The notes under the pieces: generated by a model
Told to the model about the DNA's origin: nothing
The model's input: only the letters and a program-made list of their open reading frames with translations
Database searches by the model: none
Made by a program: the position numbers and the translations under genes
Shown: in pieces, positions 1 through 11,076 of the stretch
How the letters are laid out: every line of letters begins with the position of its first letter
Numbering within the stretch: the first letter of the stretch is position 1
From: Paraspadella gotoi
Lineage: Eukaryota; Animalia; Chaetognatha
Assembly: GCA_051294375.1 (NCBI GenBank)
Contig: CM119267.1
Location: 1,394,883 to 1,458,882 of the forward strand
DNA length: 64,000 nucleotides
Direction: 5' to 3'

Positions 1-135
1 AATCTTAAATCCTAAACCTTAAACCCCAATCCTAAAACTTATTCTCTAACCCTAATCCCTAAATCTAAATCACTAACCAAATCCGTTTAATCCTTAAACT
101 AATCCTAAACTCTAATCTATGATCTAAATTTTCGA
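1..135. repeat. Degenerate TAACCC/TAAACC-like hexamer tract (intronic)
   Basis: cctaaa/cctaat/ctaacc units; similar tracts at ~14420-14575 and ~32885-32975. Confidence 0.6.
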
Positions 136-256
136 ATTTAAGATTAAAATGAAACGCTTTGAGAAAACAAGGACAAAACCTGTTTAGTCTTTGTGTCCGT
201 CTAACAACGTAAAAAGGCATGAAACAATGAATGAGGCCTCCCGACCTCTCATCTAG

Positions 257-562
257 ATCCCTCTGCATTCTGATGCAAGAAGCTTGCGTTTCCTTTTTGT
301 CTGAAGAAGGCGAAGGAGTGATGGTGGAAGGAATGGGCGAATGCGATCTGTGTCAATACCCGTTGGACAAGGGAGACCCAGATTGCAAGTCTTCGTCAAA
401 GGTAAAGATTAGAGAAGGTTAAGAGTTTCAGAGGGTGAAGTTTGAGAAAGAGAAAGAAAAAAAGGAAAGAGAGATAAGAGAGGGAGAGAAAAAAAGAGAG
501 GGGGAAAAAGAAAGAGAGACAGACAGACAGAAAGATAAAAAGAGAGAAATAAAAAGAGAGAA

Positions 563-617
<55 letters not shown>

Positions 618-1800
618 AAGGTTATTGTCCTCAATTTTTTTTCTTCAATTTTTTGCTCTTTTTTCTTCTTCCTCTTCTCCTCCTTTACAACCCATCTCCT
701 CTTCCTCCCTCTCTCTCTCTCCCTCTCTCTTCCCCTCTCCCCATCTCTTCTCCCTCAACTTATCAGCTCTACCGATGGTATTTCGACATGGCAAGTCAAA
801 CTTGTCTCGAGTTTGAATTCTCTGGCTGCAACGGAAACGCCAACTCGTTTGACGACCGGTTCACGTGCGTGGAGAGATGCCAGTTCCATCGGGAGGGAAA
901 GTCGACGGTGGAATGGCTCGACGAGGATTGCCTGCACACGAGGAGAGGGGGAGAATATTGGGGAGGAGGATGAAGAGCGCGACGGGTGAGATGAAGGGGA
1001 GGGGGAAGAGGAGGAAGGGATTCTCACAAATTCTTTGTCAGACAAGCACCAAGCTTGTCATTATGTCATCCTTCCACCAGGGAACACCTGTCAGTCGTGG
1101 CGCCTGGCCTACACCAAAGCCAACGTACGGCTCTCGGTTCTCTCTCGGCTTTTGCCGGACGAGACCGGATTCATAGGAGCAAAGAATTTCTGCCGGAATC
1201 CCGGCAACATCGCCGATCAGCCATTTTGTCTCGTCAAGGATCCCAAAACCGGTAAGGGTCAGAATCTGTTGTGTTCGCGAGGGAGGAAGTGATTCTTGTC
1301 TTGTTAGTTGCGCAGCGAGTACTCGCGGAGCAACCTATGAAGTCACTTTTCGGTCGGTCTGTCAGTCGGTCGGTCGGTATGTCTGTCCGTCCCACTTATG
1401 TTAAAAATATATATAGTTGGTTGCTCTTTTGTTGAGACAGAAAAAACCTCAAATCTAAGGGACTGCTAGCGCCGCCTTCAGGAAATCCTAAAACTATAAG
1501 GAATAAAAGATGAAATTTTGATGCAGTGCATGTCATAAATACACGGGATAAGAAAGTTATGTAGTCATGTTATGTCACGTCATGTCATGTCACGTCATGT
1601 TATGTCATGTAACAAAAAATACACATGATAAGGCAGACTGTGGCGCAACACTTTTGAATTACCGTTTTTATTTTTAAATATTTTTTCATGACGACTTAGG
1701 GGAGGACAAAGTTTATGAACAAGAATACATTTTATACATTGTAATTGTTATCAATTATTTTCTATGAACGGAAAATGAGGTTATGAATACAACAGAGAGA

Positions 1801-1844
<44 letters not shown>

Positions 1845-3966
1845 GATGATGATGATTGACACGTAAATTAACTTTGGCAGAAATTTACAGCTTCGAAAAA
1901 TGCGAAATTCCTATTTGTCGTATTCAACCTCATATGCACGGATCTGGAATTGAGTTGGACGACGAAGTCTGTCTTTATAGGTCAGTCAGTCGATCGGGTT
2001 TCTCAACTGCGTATTATTGTATTAACTTTTCAACTACAATTTCACTTACCAACCTCAACGTGACATCTCACAGACCAAAGGGTCTCGAATATCGAGGTCC
2101 CATCAACAAAACCGAATCGGGGAAGCCTTGCGTCGTTTGGGACAAAGTTGTGGCGAAACATTGGAGATTGAGAAATCTGTGGAAGTACATGCCCGAGCAA
2201 TCCAGGTGTCTGTATGTCTGGCTATTTATAGGTCTATTTATCTGGCCGTCTGTCTAATATTCTTTCTCTCTGGTTATTTTTCTGTTTGATAACTATTTCT
2301 CCCTCAATATCTCTTTCAGTTTATCGTCTGACTTTCTTTAAGAATGTCTGACTGTCCGTCTCACAAATAATGTTGCAGATTAATTTCAAATTTCAGATGA
2401 AATTGAGTTCCTCAAGCTCATTTGCATATTGTATTCTGTTTAAGCTTTGATAAATTTTTATTTTATTGTTATTTTGGCGAATGATCATGTTTGTCTGTGG
2501 TTCAATTTATAGCTACATAATTAATGGTTTAACTAACATAATTAATGGTTTAGTTATCATAATTAATAGTTTAAATTATCATAATTAAGGCATCGATTAA
2601 TGCTTTTCAGATCAAAATCCAATCTGGCTGATCACACGAATCATTGTCGAAATCCAAATGGGAAATCTCGTCCTTGGTGTTTCACCGACGTGGAGACGAT
2701 GAAATGGGATTACTGCGCGGTGAGAGGGAGAGACAGAGAGAGAGACAGATGGATGAGACAGAGATAGGCCAGGTAATCAATGGCGGACGATGGATATAGA
2801 TTATACAGGCAGACTGAGAAATAGAAAGTTAAATCGATATGTAAAAAGATAGACAGATAGACTAAGTCTTAGAAGAGGCTTTTTATTTCGACGATGTCCT
2901 TGCCTCCTATCCTATCCTCCTATCCTATCCTCTTCTTCTATACTCCTATCCACCTATCCTATCCTATCGCAGGTCCCTCTCTGCTCCGACCTCCTCCACG
3001 AGATGGTCCAAATCCTTCTCAACAACATCAACTTTCTCGATCGATACTCGGAAGATGTCGCCACGAATTCCCGCGCTTTCGTCGAGACTCATTGTGGGAG
3101 AAGATTCTTTAATCTGCAAGAGATTTACAAGCACAGGTCAATTCTTTGCAAGAGATTTACAAGCACAGGTCAATTCTTTGCAAGAGATTTACAAGCACAG
3201 GTCAATTCTTTGCAAGAGATTTACAAGCACAGGTCAATTCTTTGCAAGAGATTTACAAGCACAAGTCAATTCTTTGCAAGAGATTTACAAGCACAGGTCA
3301 ATTCTTTGCTTGATCCGCGCGACCCATCCACCTTCTCTTCTTTTTTTTTTAAAACTCCACCGTACCCAACTGTACGCCGACCCGATTCCCTCTCACGTTC
3401 AGACTGCGCTACAGTGACGCCGCTTATCGCGACTTTGGATTTCACGGCGCCGCACCTTGGACGGCGTCACTTAGATTCCACGGGAGTCACTTTTGTACCG
3501 GCGCTCTTGTTTCGCCGAGATTCGTTCTCACCGCCGCTCATTGCTTCAAGGTGGGGGGGGGGCGTCTGTCTGTGTTTCCATCTGACGGTCTGTCTCTTAA
3601 TCTTTTCTGTCAGATTGACTGTCACTCGATTAATCCATCGGACTGTATGTCTGTCTGACTGTCTCTATGTCCGTCTTGACTGTCTTTCTCTCTGCCTGCA
3701 ATCTCTCTTGTTTATTTGTCTATCTATATAAGGTATGTCTATTTTCCTGTCTGTCTGTCCCTCAATCTTTGGGCTTGCCCGTCTCTTTGTATATCCGCCT
3801 GACTTTTTGCCAGTCTTTCGGTCTGTCTGTCTGTCTGTCTGTCTGTCTGTACGAGATTGCGATTCTATTTCTTAGTCCGCTTGTCTTTCTGTCTGTTTCA
3901 TTCAGAGTGATCCTCGCATGGAGATTCCTTCTGCTTGGGAAGTTCATTTGGGTCGTCATCGTCTCA

Positions 3967-4006
<40 letters not shown>

Positions 4007-5722
4007 AGACACAGTCATCAAAATCGCTGACGGAATAATCGTTCACCCGAAGTTCGAGATGAACGGAATTCACGGAGGATCGGATATCGGTTCGAGTCGA
4101 GTCATTTGTGATTTCCTGTTGTGATAAGATTGCACGGAGTGAGTATTGTTAAAAGAGAATTTGTTATGGTTTAATTTAACTTAAGATCGTGATAATTGGG
4201 AAGACTCAGTGAAGGAAAATGAAGAAACTGGGAAGACAAAATTTATTCAGAAAAAGTACAATATGTACAATTGTACATTGTACAATAATCGAATTCGTTA
4301 TTATTCTCTACTTAAATGGAAATTACTAAAAAAACGTCTATACTAAATTTACGACGTTTTGTAAATTTACTAAATTTTCTGCATTTTTTTTCATTTTATA
4401 ATTTTTGCAATTTACTATAAAGTTTATAAACGTTAGTTTTTGACGATAACAGAATTAAAATTATTTTAAACATGGTGATTAATTAATTTTTCTTTTTTTT
4501 TTGTTCAGCTTTGATTTCGATTCCAAAATTGACGAAGAACGAATTTAATCATTACATTCACTACATTTGTTTACCTGGTGAGTCTGACTTGGTTAGCTTG
4601 GCGGGCTCGACCCGGTAAATCTTACACTTAAGGCCACAGTCTATGAGGCCACTTAAGGCCACAGTCTATGATGCCACTTAAGGCCACAGTCTCTGAACGT
4701 GTACCTAATGTAATGTTGGGGATTGAAGCTGATTGAGTGGAATAGATGAGGTTGGTGGAGTGGGATTGAGAAGATTGATGTAGTGAAATTAACGAGGTTG
4801 ATGTAGTGGGAGAGACGACGATGATGTAGTGGGATGGGCTAATTGCTTTACCGATGATGACGCAAAGAAAAACAAAGAAATTCGATTCTGTTGTTTAGGA
4901 ATTAAACGTTAATGATTTACCGATGGAGAAAGGAGGAGTAAGAGGAGGGGGAGGATGAGAAAGAGGAGGAGAAGGGAGGGTAAGAGGAGAAAGAGGAGAA
5001 GAGGGGGAGGAGGAGGAAGAGAGGGAGAAGGAGAAGGAAGAGGAGAAGGAGGGGGGGAAGAGGAGAAGGAGCAGAATGAGGAGGAAGAGGAGGAGAAGGA
5101 GGGGAGGAGAGGAAGAGGAGGAGAAAGAAGAGGAGGAAGAGGAAAAAGAGGAGAAGGAGGAGGAAGAGGAAGATGAGAATGATGAAGAGGACATGACTCT
5201 GCCTAAAACAAAATTACGTTTTCGTTCATTGATAACGATGACGATAGAGAAAACCACCATAATAATCAATTGACCATAATAATTAATTAATTACTCTTGA
5301 CGAAAAATATCTAAATAAAAACAATTGGTGAAAATAATGTAAACAGCGAAGTTTTAATCTTATTTATTAATGTTTAAAGATTTAAGATTAATTATTCATT
5401 TTTCTTTTTCTCCTTAAGACAAACTGGACGATTATCACGAGGAAGAATGCCACCTGTCAGGCTGGCATCTGGTCACAGGTGCCGACGAAGACGACGACCG
5501 TCTTAAACATCTCAAACTTCCGGTCAGATGCAGATGTCGGAGATTAATTGGCTTAATGGACTAATTTTTATAAAGTTAATGCTGATACATTACAAAGAAA
5601 AGAACTACTATTTAGTCCAAATACTTTGTCATACGTTTTATTTAGGTTTTACTTTTTTTCTTTCTTCAACATCCGTCTCACCTTGACTTTCATTAACTCC
5701 AATGACCAATCTATTTCTACTC

Positions 5723-5819
<97 letters not shown>

Positions 5820-6435
5820 ATTCTCAACGCGCAAGAATGCAACAAAAAGTTTTCCGAGGGAAACTTCGTTTTGGATTCGCAAATTTGCGTTGGTGAGAAT
5901 TTTTGATAATATTAACTAATCTATTTTAATTTAATTCTATTTCCAAAAAGTTTCTCTTTCCCTCGTCCACAAATTTCGGTTTCTGTTTTCTTCCAAAACA
6001 AGATTGTTTTTTTCCGAAACAAATTCTAATGACCCCAAAAATTAGAAAACGTCAATCATCGTTTGAACAAATTTGTCGCAATTTTCGAGCCAAATTGATC
6101 GAACACAATTTCGGCCATATTTTCTAAAAGCGTCCAATTTCTTCTTAAAATTAGAATTAAAATAGTTTTTTAATTCAAATATGATAAACATAGGGTTAGG
6201 TTTAAGGGTTAAAGATTTATTTAAATGTTTAATTAAGGATTACCTCAGTTTTTGATCTGTTGGTCTGTCTTTCTGTCTATCCATCTATTTATGAGTCTGT
6301 CCCTCTGTTAAGCTGAGGTATGTTAAAGTAAGATAAGAAACATAAATTTGTTACAGAAAATGGCACCAGCAACTGAATCATCAGTTTTCAGAGATCCAAT
6401 CAGAAATGAAGAGACTGATTTAGGATTCTGAGGAG

Positions 6436-6467
<32 letters not shown>

Positions 6468-6720
6468 AGAGGAGGAGGCAATGAAAGTGAAGTTTAGGCA
6501 TTAAAGCATTTGAGCATTAGAGCATGAAAGCATCGAAGCCTACAGCCGTGATTTTATTTCATCCATTTTGCGGTTAAATTTAAACTTTTTTTTTTCTAAT
6601 CCGGTTATATGTTTGGTTAATTCAAGAGAGAGAGAGCGACTGGGCATTGAGAGAGAGAGAGAGAGATTGACTTAGCCGCTGGGCGTTGTGAGTAGAAAAG
6701 TCAATCTCCATTTTCTTCGT

Positions 6721-6783
<63 letters not shown>

Positions 6784-8225
6784 GTACCCCACTTCCCTCC
6801 CATCAGGCGGCGACGAAGCGGAACGGTCCGCCTGTCAAGGAGATTCAGGCGCTGGAATTTCCTGTCAACATCAAAGATCTCAGAACAGAGTCGATTCCCT
6901 TTCAATGTTAAGAGAATTAAAAATTTTAAATTAGTATTAATCAAGTTTTACCCCGTGTCCGTTCACGAGTGATACAAAAAAAGTCTTTACTATACTTTAA
7001 CTTTTTAATAAACATTATTCAGAAGTATATCATTAGTTGGAGTACTACTTGACGTTTTTAGTCGGATCAGCAGATCTCGACTCGATAATTCACTTTGTCG
7101 GTCCGTCGGTCCACCCCCTCAATCTTGTCGGGCATTCACTTATATCATGTCAGAACATCGAATTATGATAAATTATGCAAAAAAAATAATGTCCGTCCGT
7201 CCGTTTGTCTGTCTGTCCATCTGTGTCCATCCGTCCCACCTTAGCAAAAAACACCAATTACTCGTGATTGAATGGATGGATTTGAATAAAGTTTTGTGTG
7301 TGGGTAGGGAAGTGTGTGATTGAGCTTGATATAAAGTTTCGATGGAATCGTCCGAGTGGAAATGAGTTAAAATGAAAAAAATAAACTATCTATTTCACTA
7401 TTTGATTATGTTGTTTTTTATTGTTTATTTTTATATTAAATTAAAATTCAAGCTGCATTAATTAATTATTAATAAATAAGTAATTAATTAATTATTAATT
7501 ATTTGTATTATTTTATGATTGAGAGGCGAGACAATGTGGAAAACGATTTTGACACGAAGAAAAAAAAGTTAATAATGATCGTGGGCAGATCCGGCATTGT
7601 TTGCTCAAACTTGTTAATTAACATATCATACCAAAGACTGTCCAAAGTCATGGGCAAGATAGCTTATTTATTAAATGAATGGATGTATTTTATATTGGTT
7701 GTACCAATTTCATATTAATTTTTTTTATGAGGCTAGACATAGATTAAATGAGATTCAAAATTAAATCAAACAAGTCAGTCACGTTAAAAATGTTTTATCT
7801 TTCTCCTAAATCATTGAATTTTAGTTTTACAATTTAACATAAGTAATAGACGTCATTTAAATTATTTTCTGTAGAGGAAAATAAAATTAAAAAAAAATTA
7901 TTTCCAGTGACCTTCAATTCTTAAGAGTTTTTATGGCCAACGTTGAAAGGGAATCGAATATTGACTCTCTCTCTCTCTCTCATTGTCGCCATCAGGGAAG
8001 GAAAGAGGTGAGTTAATTGGACGAGGAGGAGGGGAGAAAGGAGAGAGAGATAGAGAGATAGATAGAGAGAGAGAGAGAGTTATTTTTATCCCCCTTCATC
8101 AGGATCGGTTCTCTGTCGCCGGAGTGGTTTCATCCGGAGTTCGATGCGGAGAAAAAGGAAACCCGGGAGTTTACACTGACGTCACCGCCTTCGCTGATTG
8201 GATAAACGCTCACCTGTGGACCTGA
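257..8225 (+). CDS. Mosaic S1 serine protease: end of Frizzled-like CRD, Kunitz/BPTI, kringle, kringle, trypsin-fold domain (5' part lies outside the window)
   Basis: GT-AG exons with consistent phases: 257-401, 767-985, 1081-1251, 1881-1980, 2074-2205, 2611-2719, 2973-3136, 3403-3550, 3906-4089, 4509-4577, 5419-5522, 5820-5892, 6807-6889 (weak donor), 8103-8225 (TGA). Kunitz: [40 protein letters not shown]. Kringles: EYWG..GNTCQSW..NFCRNPG..PFC and [28 protein letters not shown]. Triad motifs: TAAHC, SDIAL, GDSGA. One missing G in the run at 960-963 is needed to keep frame. Confidence 0.92.
1303..1655 (+). mobile_element. Short non-autonomous Helentron-associated (HINE)-like element
   Basis: 5' ttagttgcgc...gcaacct short inverted repeat, then GTCG/GTCT microsatellite, internal (catgt)n, and 3' gcgcaaca before a T-run. 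Confidence 0.4.
3114..3308 (+). repeat. 32-bp minisatellite x6 spanning an exon/intron junction
   Basis: Unit gcaagagatttacaagcacag|gtcaattcttt, six near-perfect copies; copy 5 has caa|gt. Confidence 0.95.
4625..4696 (+). repeat. 25-bp tandem repeat x3
   Basis: Unit cacttaaggccacagtctatga(g/t)gc. Confidence 0.9.
7057..7615 (+). mobile_element. DINE-1/HINE-like non-autonomous Helentron element, copy 1
   Basis: Starts in a T-run with agtcggatc...gatctcgact inverted repeat; GTCY microsatellite at ~7190; 3' subterminal repeat gcagatccggc followed by the gtttg-ct-caaac hairpin; further copies at 19.2-22.3, 36.9-39.7 and 49.2-50.6 kb. Confidence 0.75.
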
Positions 8226-8332
8226 TTGGCCGAATCGATTCATTCCAAACGCTTATTGGCGGTATTAACTGAACAACAATTAGTGGCGCTCATTGGCGGG
8301 ATTAACTTATTAATGGCTGGGATTAGACGAAC

Positions 8333-8338
8333 AATAAA
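8333..8338 (+). other. Probable polyadenylation signal of the protease gene
   Basis: AATAAA about 110 nt after the TGA at 8223-8225. Confidence 0.45.
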
Positions 8339-8469
8339 TCTTGCTGCTTATTAATCATTGGCGGAGCCACTGAAACTTATATGCTTTAAATTAATACACA
8401 CATACTTAACATTTTAAAAGCGAATTAATTTTAGAGCGAATTAACGTGTTTTTATAGTTTTTAGTTTTT

Positions 8470-8522
<53 letters not shown>

Positions 8523-9201
8523 ACTCTTTCAAATCCGGCGCTTTTAGTTTTGACGTTTCGACGCCCATCGACGTCGCTAACGAGAGTTTTGACAGAAAAA
8601 CCGACGCCGCGCGACGAAAAGGCGCCGCCTGCTTCTCGCCGGCGTCTCAAGCGTGTTGCGTGATGAATGACGCCGCGTCTGTTGCCATGACAACTAAAGT
8701 GGAGAGAGAGAGTGATTGAAAAAAAAATTTGAGGGTAAAAACGTATGTATGGGAAAACAGAGAAGATAAAGGAATAAAAAAGAAAGCTTAAAAATGTAAA
8801 ATTTAAAAAAAAGACGATTTTGTTGATATCAATGATAGGATCTCTTACAGATTGACTTATTCACCAAGGTGCGTGTGGCCACAATGTGAATAAATGAATT
8901 AACGGCTTAAGTTTCACTTCTGGTTCACTAGGTGACTTAAAGTCGTGACATCGAGCGACGAGATGTGATGGAAGTTTAAGGAAAGCGGCAAGAAGTGATA
9001 AAGTGTAGTGATAGGTCTCCGTGACATATCCCCGTGACAGATCCCCGTGTCAAGCAGACGCGAAAGGAAAAAAGAAGTTGAATAAAAAAAACAAAACAGA
9101 AACGTGAATTCATTTTAAAATAGAAAACGAATCAAAATGGAATATTTTATAATTGAATGAACCAATAGAGGAATAACATTAAGCAATATTTTCTAATGAC
9201 T

Positions 9202-11037
9202 TCAAACTCCATCAGACAAATTGATGACTTCAAGAAATTTGTTATCACGAAAATATTTGAGAACAATTTCTTCTTCTGCTTCGGTGAATTTTCCGTGTGA
9301 ACTGGCGACGTGAATCGCTCTGGAATTAAGGGCGAAAACACGAGATATGGAATCAATCAAATCGATCACTACAATCTACAAATTCTACATGGAACCAACC
9401 AAATTAGTACAATCAATATAAAAATTAACCATTAATTTAATAAGTAAGCTATCTTGCCCCTGACTTTTGACAGGCTGTGGTGGTTCAAGGCCTCCGTCAC
9501 TCAAACAAGATAGTAACATAACAAAACCCAGAAAGAGTATTGTGATTATAACAAAGAAAATATTGTCTTTTTTATATTGTTTTGTTTACAAATGTAACTA
9601 AAGTTTCTCTGTACTCGCTATAAAAATTAATGCCACCTTGTACAATTAGCCAATTCGATTCCATTGGCTTTTCTGATTCATCTCATTTTGTTCGCCATGT
9701 TTAACTCGACAACCTTTCACATTAAGCTTTCAATAAATAATAATAAATTAATCGAAGCAAATGACGAATCTAGTATCAAATCTAATCTAATCTAATCTAA
9801 TCTAATCTAATCTAATCTAATCTAAACACTCACTCGTCGATTTCGACGCATCCCCACAAATTAATCCCTTTGGCCGAGAGATTCCTTTTCGCTCCCATCC
9901 CTAGCTCCAGCAGAGCGACTCCATCGCTGACTTGGAGACCTTGCGCCTCGAGGGCTGCGGCCGTTTGAAAGAGGGCTCGGCCGGAGTGGGTCATGTCCTC
10001 TATAACGAGGCAGGTGTCGCCTGGGAGGGAAAAAAAGAGGGAAGCAGCGGAGGTATTGGAAAAAAAGACTAATTGAAATTTATTACTTTAGTTTAAATTC
10101 ATTTTAGGAATTAATTTGCCATCTTATCTTGTAGTCGGGCATTGCCTAGGTTAAACCCGCCTATAAGTATGACACTTTCAGTTGTGACCCAGTGCCTCAT
10201 TGAGTAAAGCTATCAGATCATGAGCACTAGGTACCGGGTTCAATCCCATCTTGGAGATTTTCGACGCTGGGGTGAGCATTAAGCAGTCCCTGAACTTCGG
10301 ATCCGGCTGCAACACTATGTTACAGGCGGGTTAAGCGCCCCGTCTATCTAAACTGCTAAGCGACCACCGGGCAAGAACTCCGGACCTTTGGGTTGGGAGG
10401 CAAATGACTTGCCTCCAGCACTAATGGCCGCTGATGAACGGTTGGTGGATTTTAGTCCACCATAGTACTTTATTTTTAAGTTTCGTTTAAATATCAAAGC
10501 AGGAAATGTTATGTTCCGTAAGTATTTGCAAATTTTTTATACTTTTTTATATTTTCGACTAACTATATATATATATTTATTATATTATGTTGTTGTGAAG
10601 AAGTTTAAATAATATCAATCTTTGTTGTAATTATATTTTCTCTTCTAGTACCACGCAGATTTTATCCCGTAGGCCTTTGCCTCCTTCATAACCCCACCTT
10701 CTTTGTAGACCCCTTCCACAACCCTCTTCAACCCGTAGGCCTTGGCCTCTTTTCTCCTCAATAACATGGAGACATCGTTGGTGACGGCAAAGGTAGTCGT
10801 CGCAGCCAACGCCGCCATGGGGACGCCAACAACGTGGTCGAAGGAGAGATGGCGCTGTTGAAGGAAAGAGAGGGAAAGGAAGGGAGGGAGGGAGAGAGAG
10901 AGAGAGGGAGGAAGAAAGAGAGAGAGAGAGAGGGAGGAAGAGAGAGAGAGAGAGAGGGAGGGAGGAAGAGAGAGAGGGAGAGAGACGGAGGAAGAAAGAG
11001 AGGGTGGTGGAAGAGTCTCTAATTTCACTTCAATCAA

Positions 11038-11076
<39 letters not shown>

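Noticed and set aside
1-135. Telomere
   Set aside because: Highly degenerate, short, inside an intron, with similar tracts at internal positions
10285-10340. Minus-strand taacccgcc-tgtaac..gttgca-gccgg resembling a twister ribozyme 5' half
   Set aside because: The P4 loop is not TCCCAAGC-like, P4 does not close, and the downstream GAGGG pseudoknot strand is absent
10425-10465. CTGATGA as a hammerhead core in the tRNA-headed repeat
   Set aside because: No stem II followed by GAAA; only a local ggtgga/tccacc hairpin
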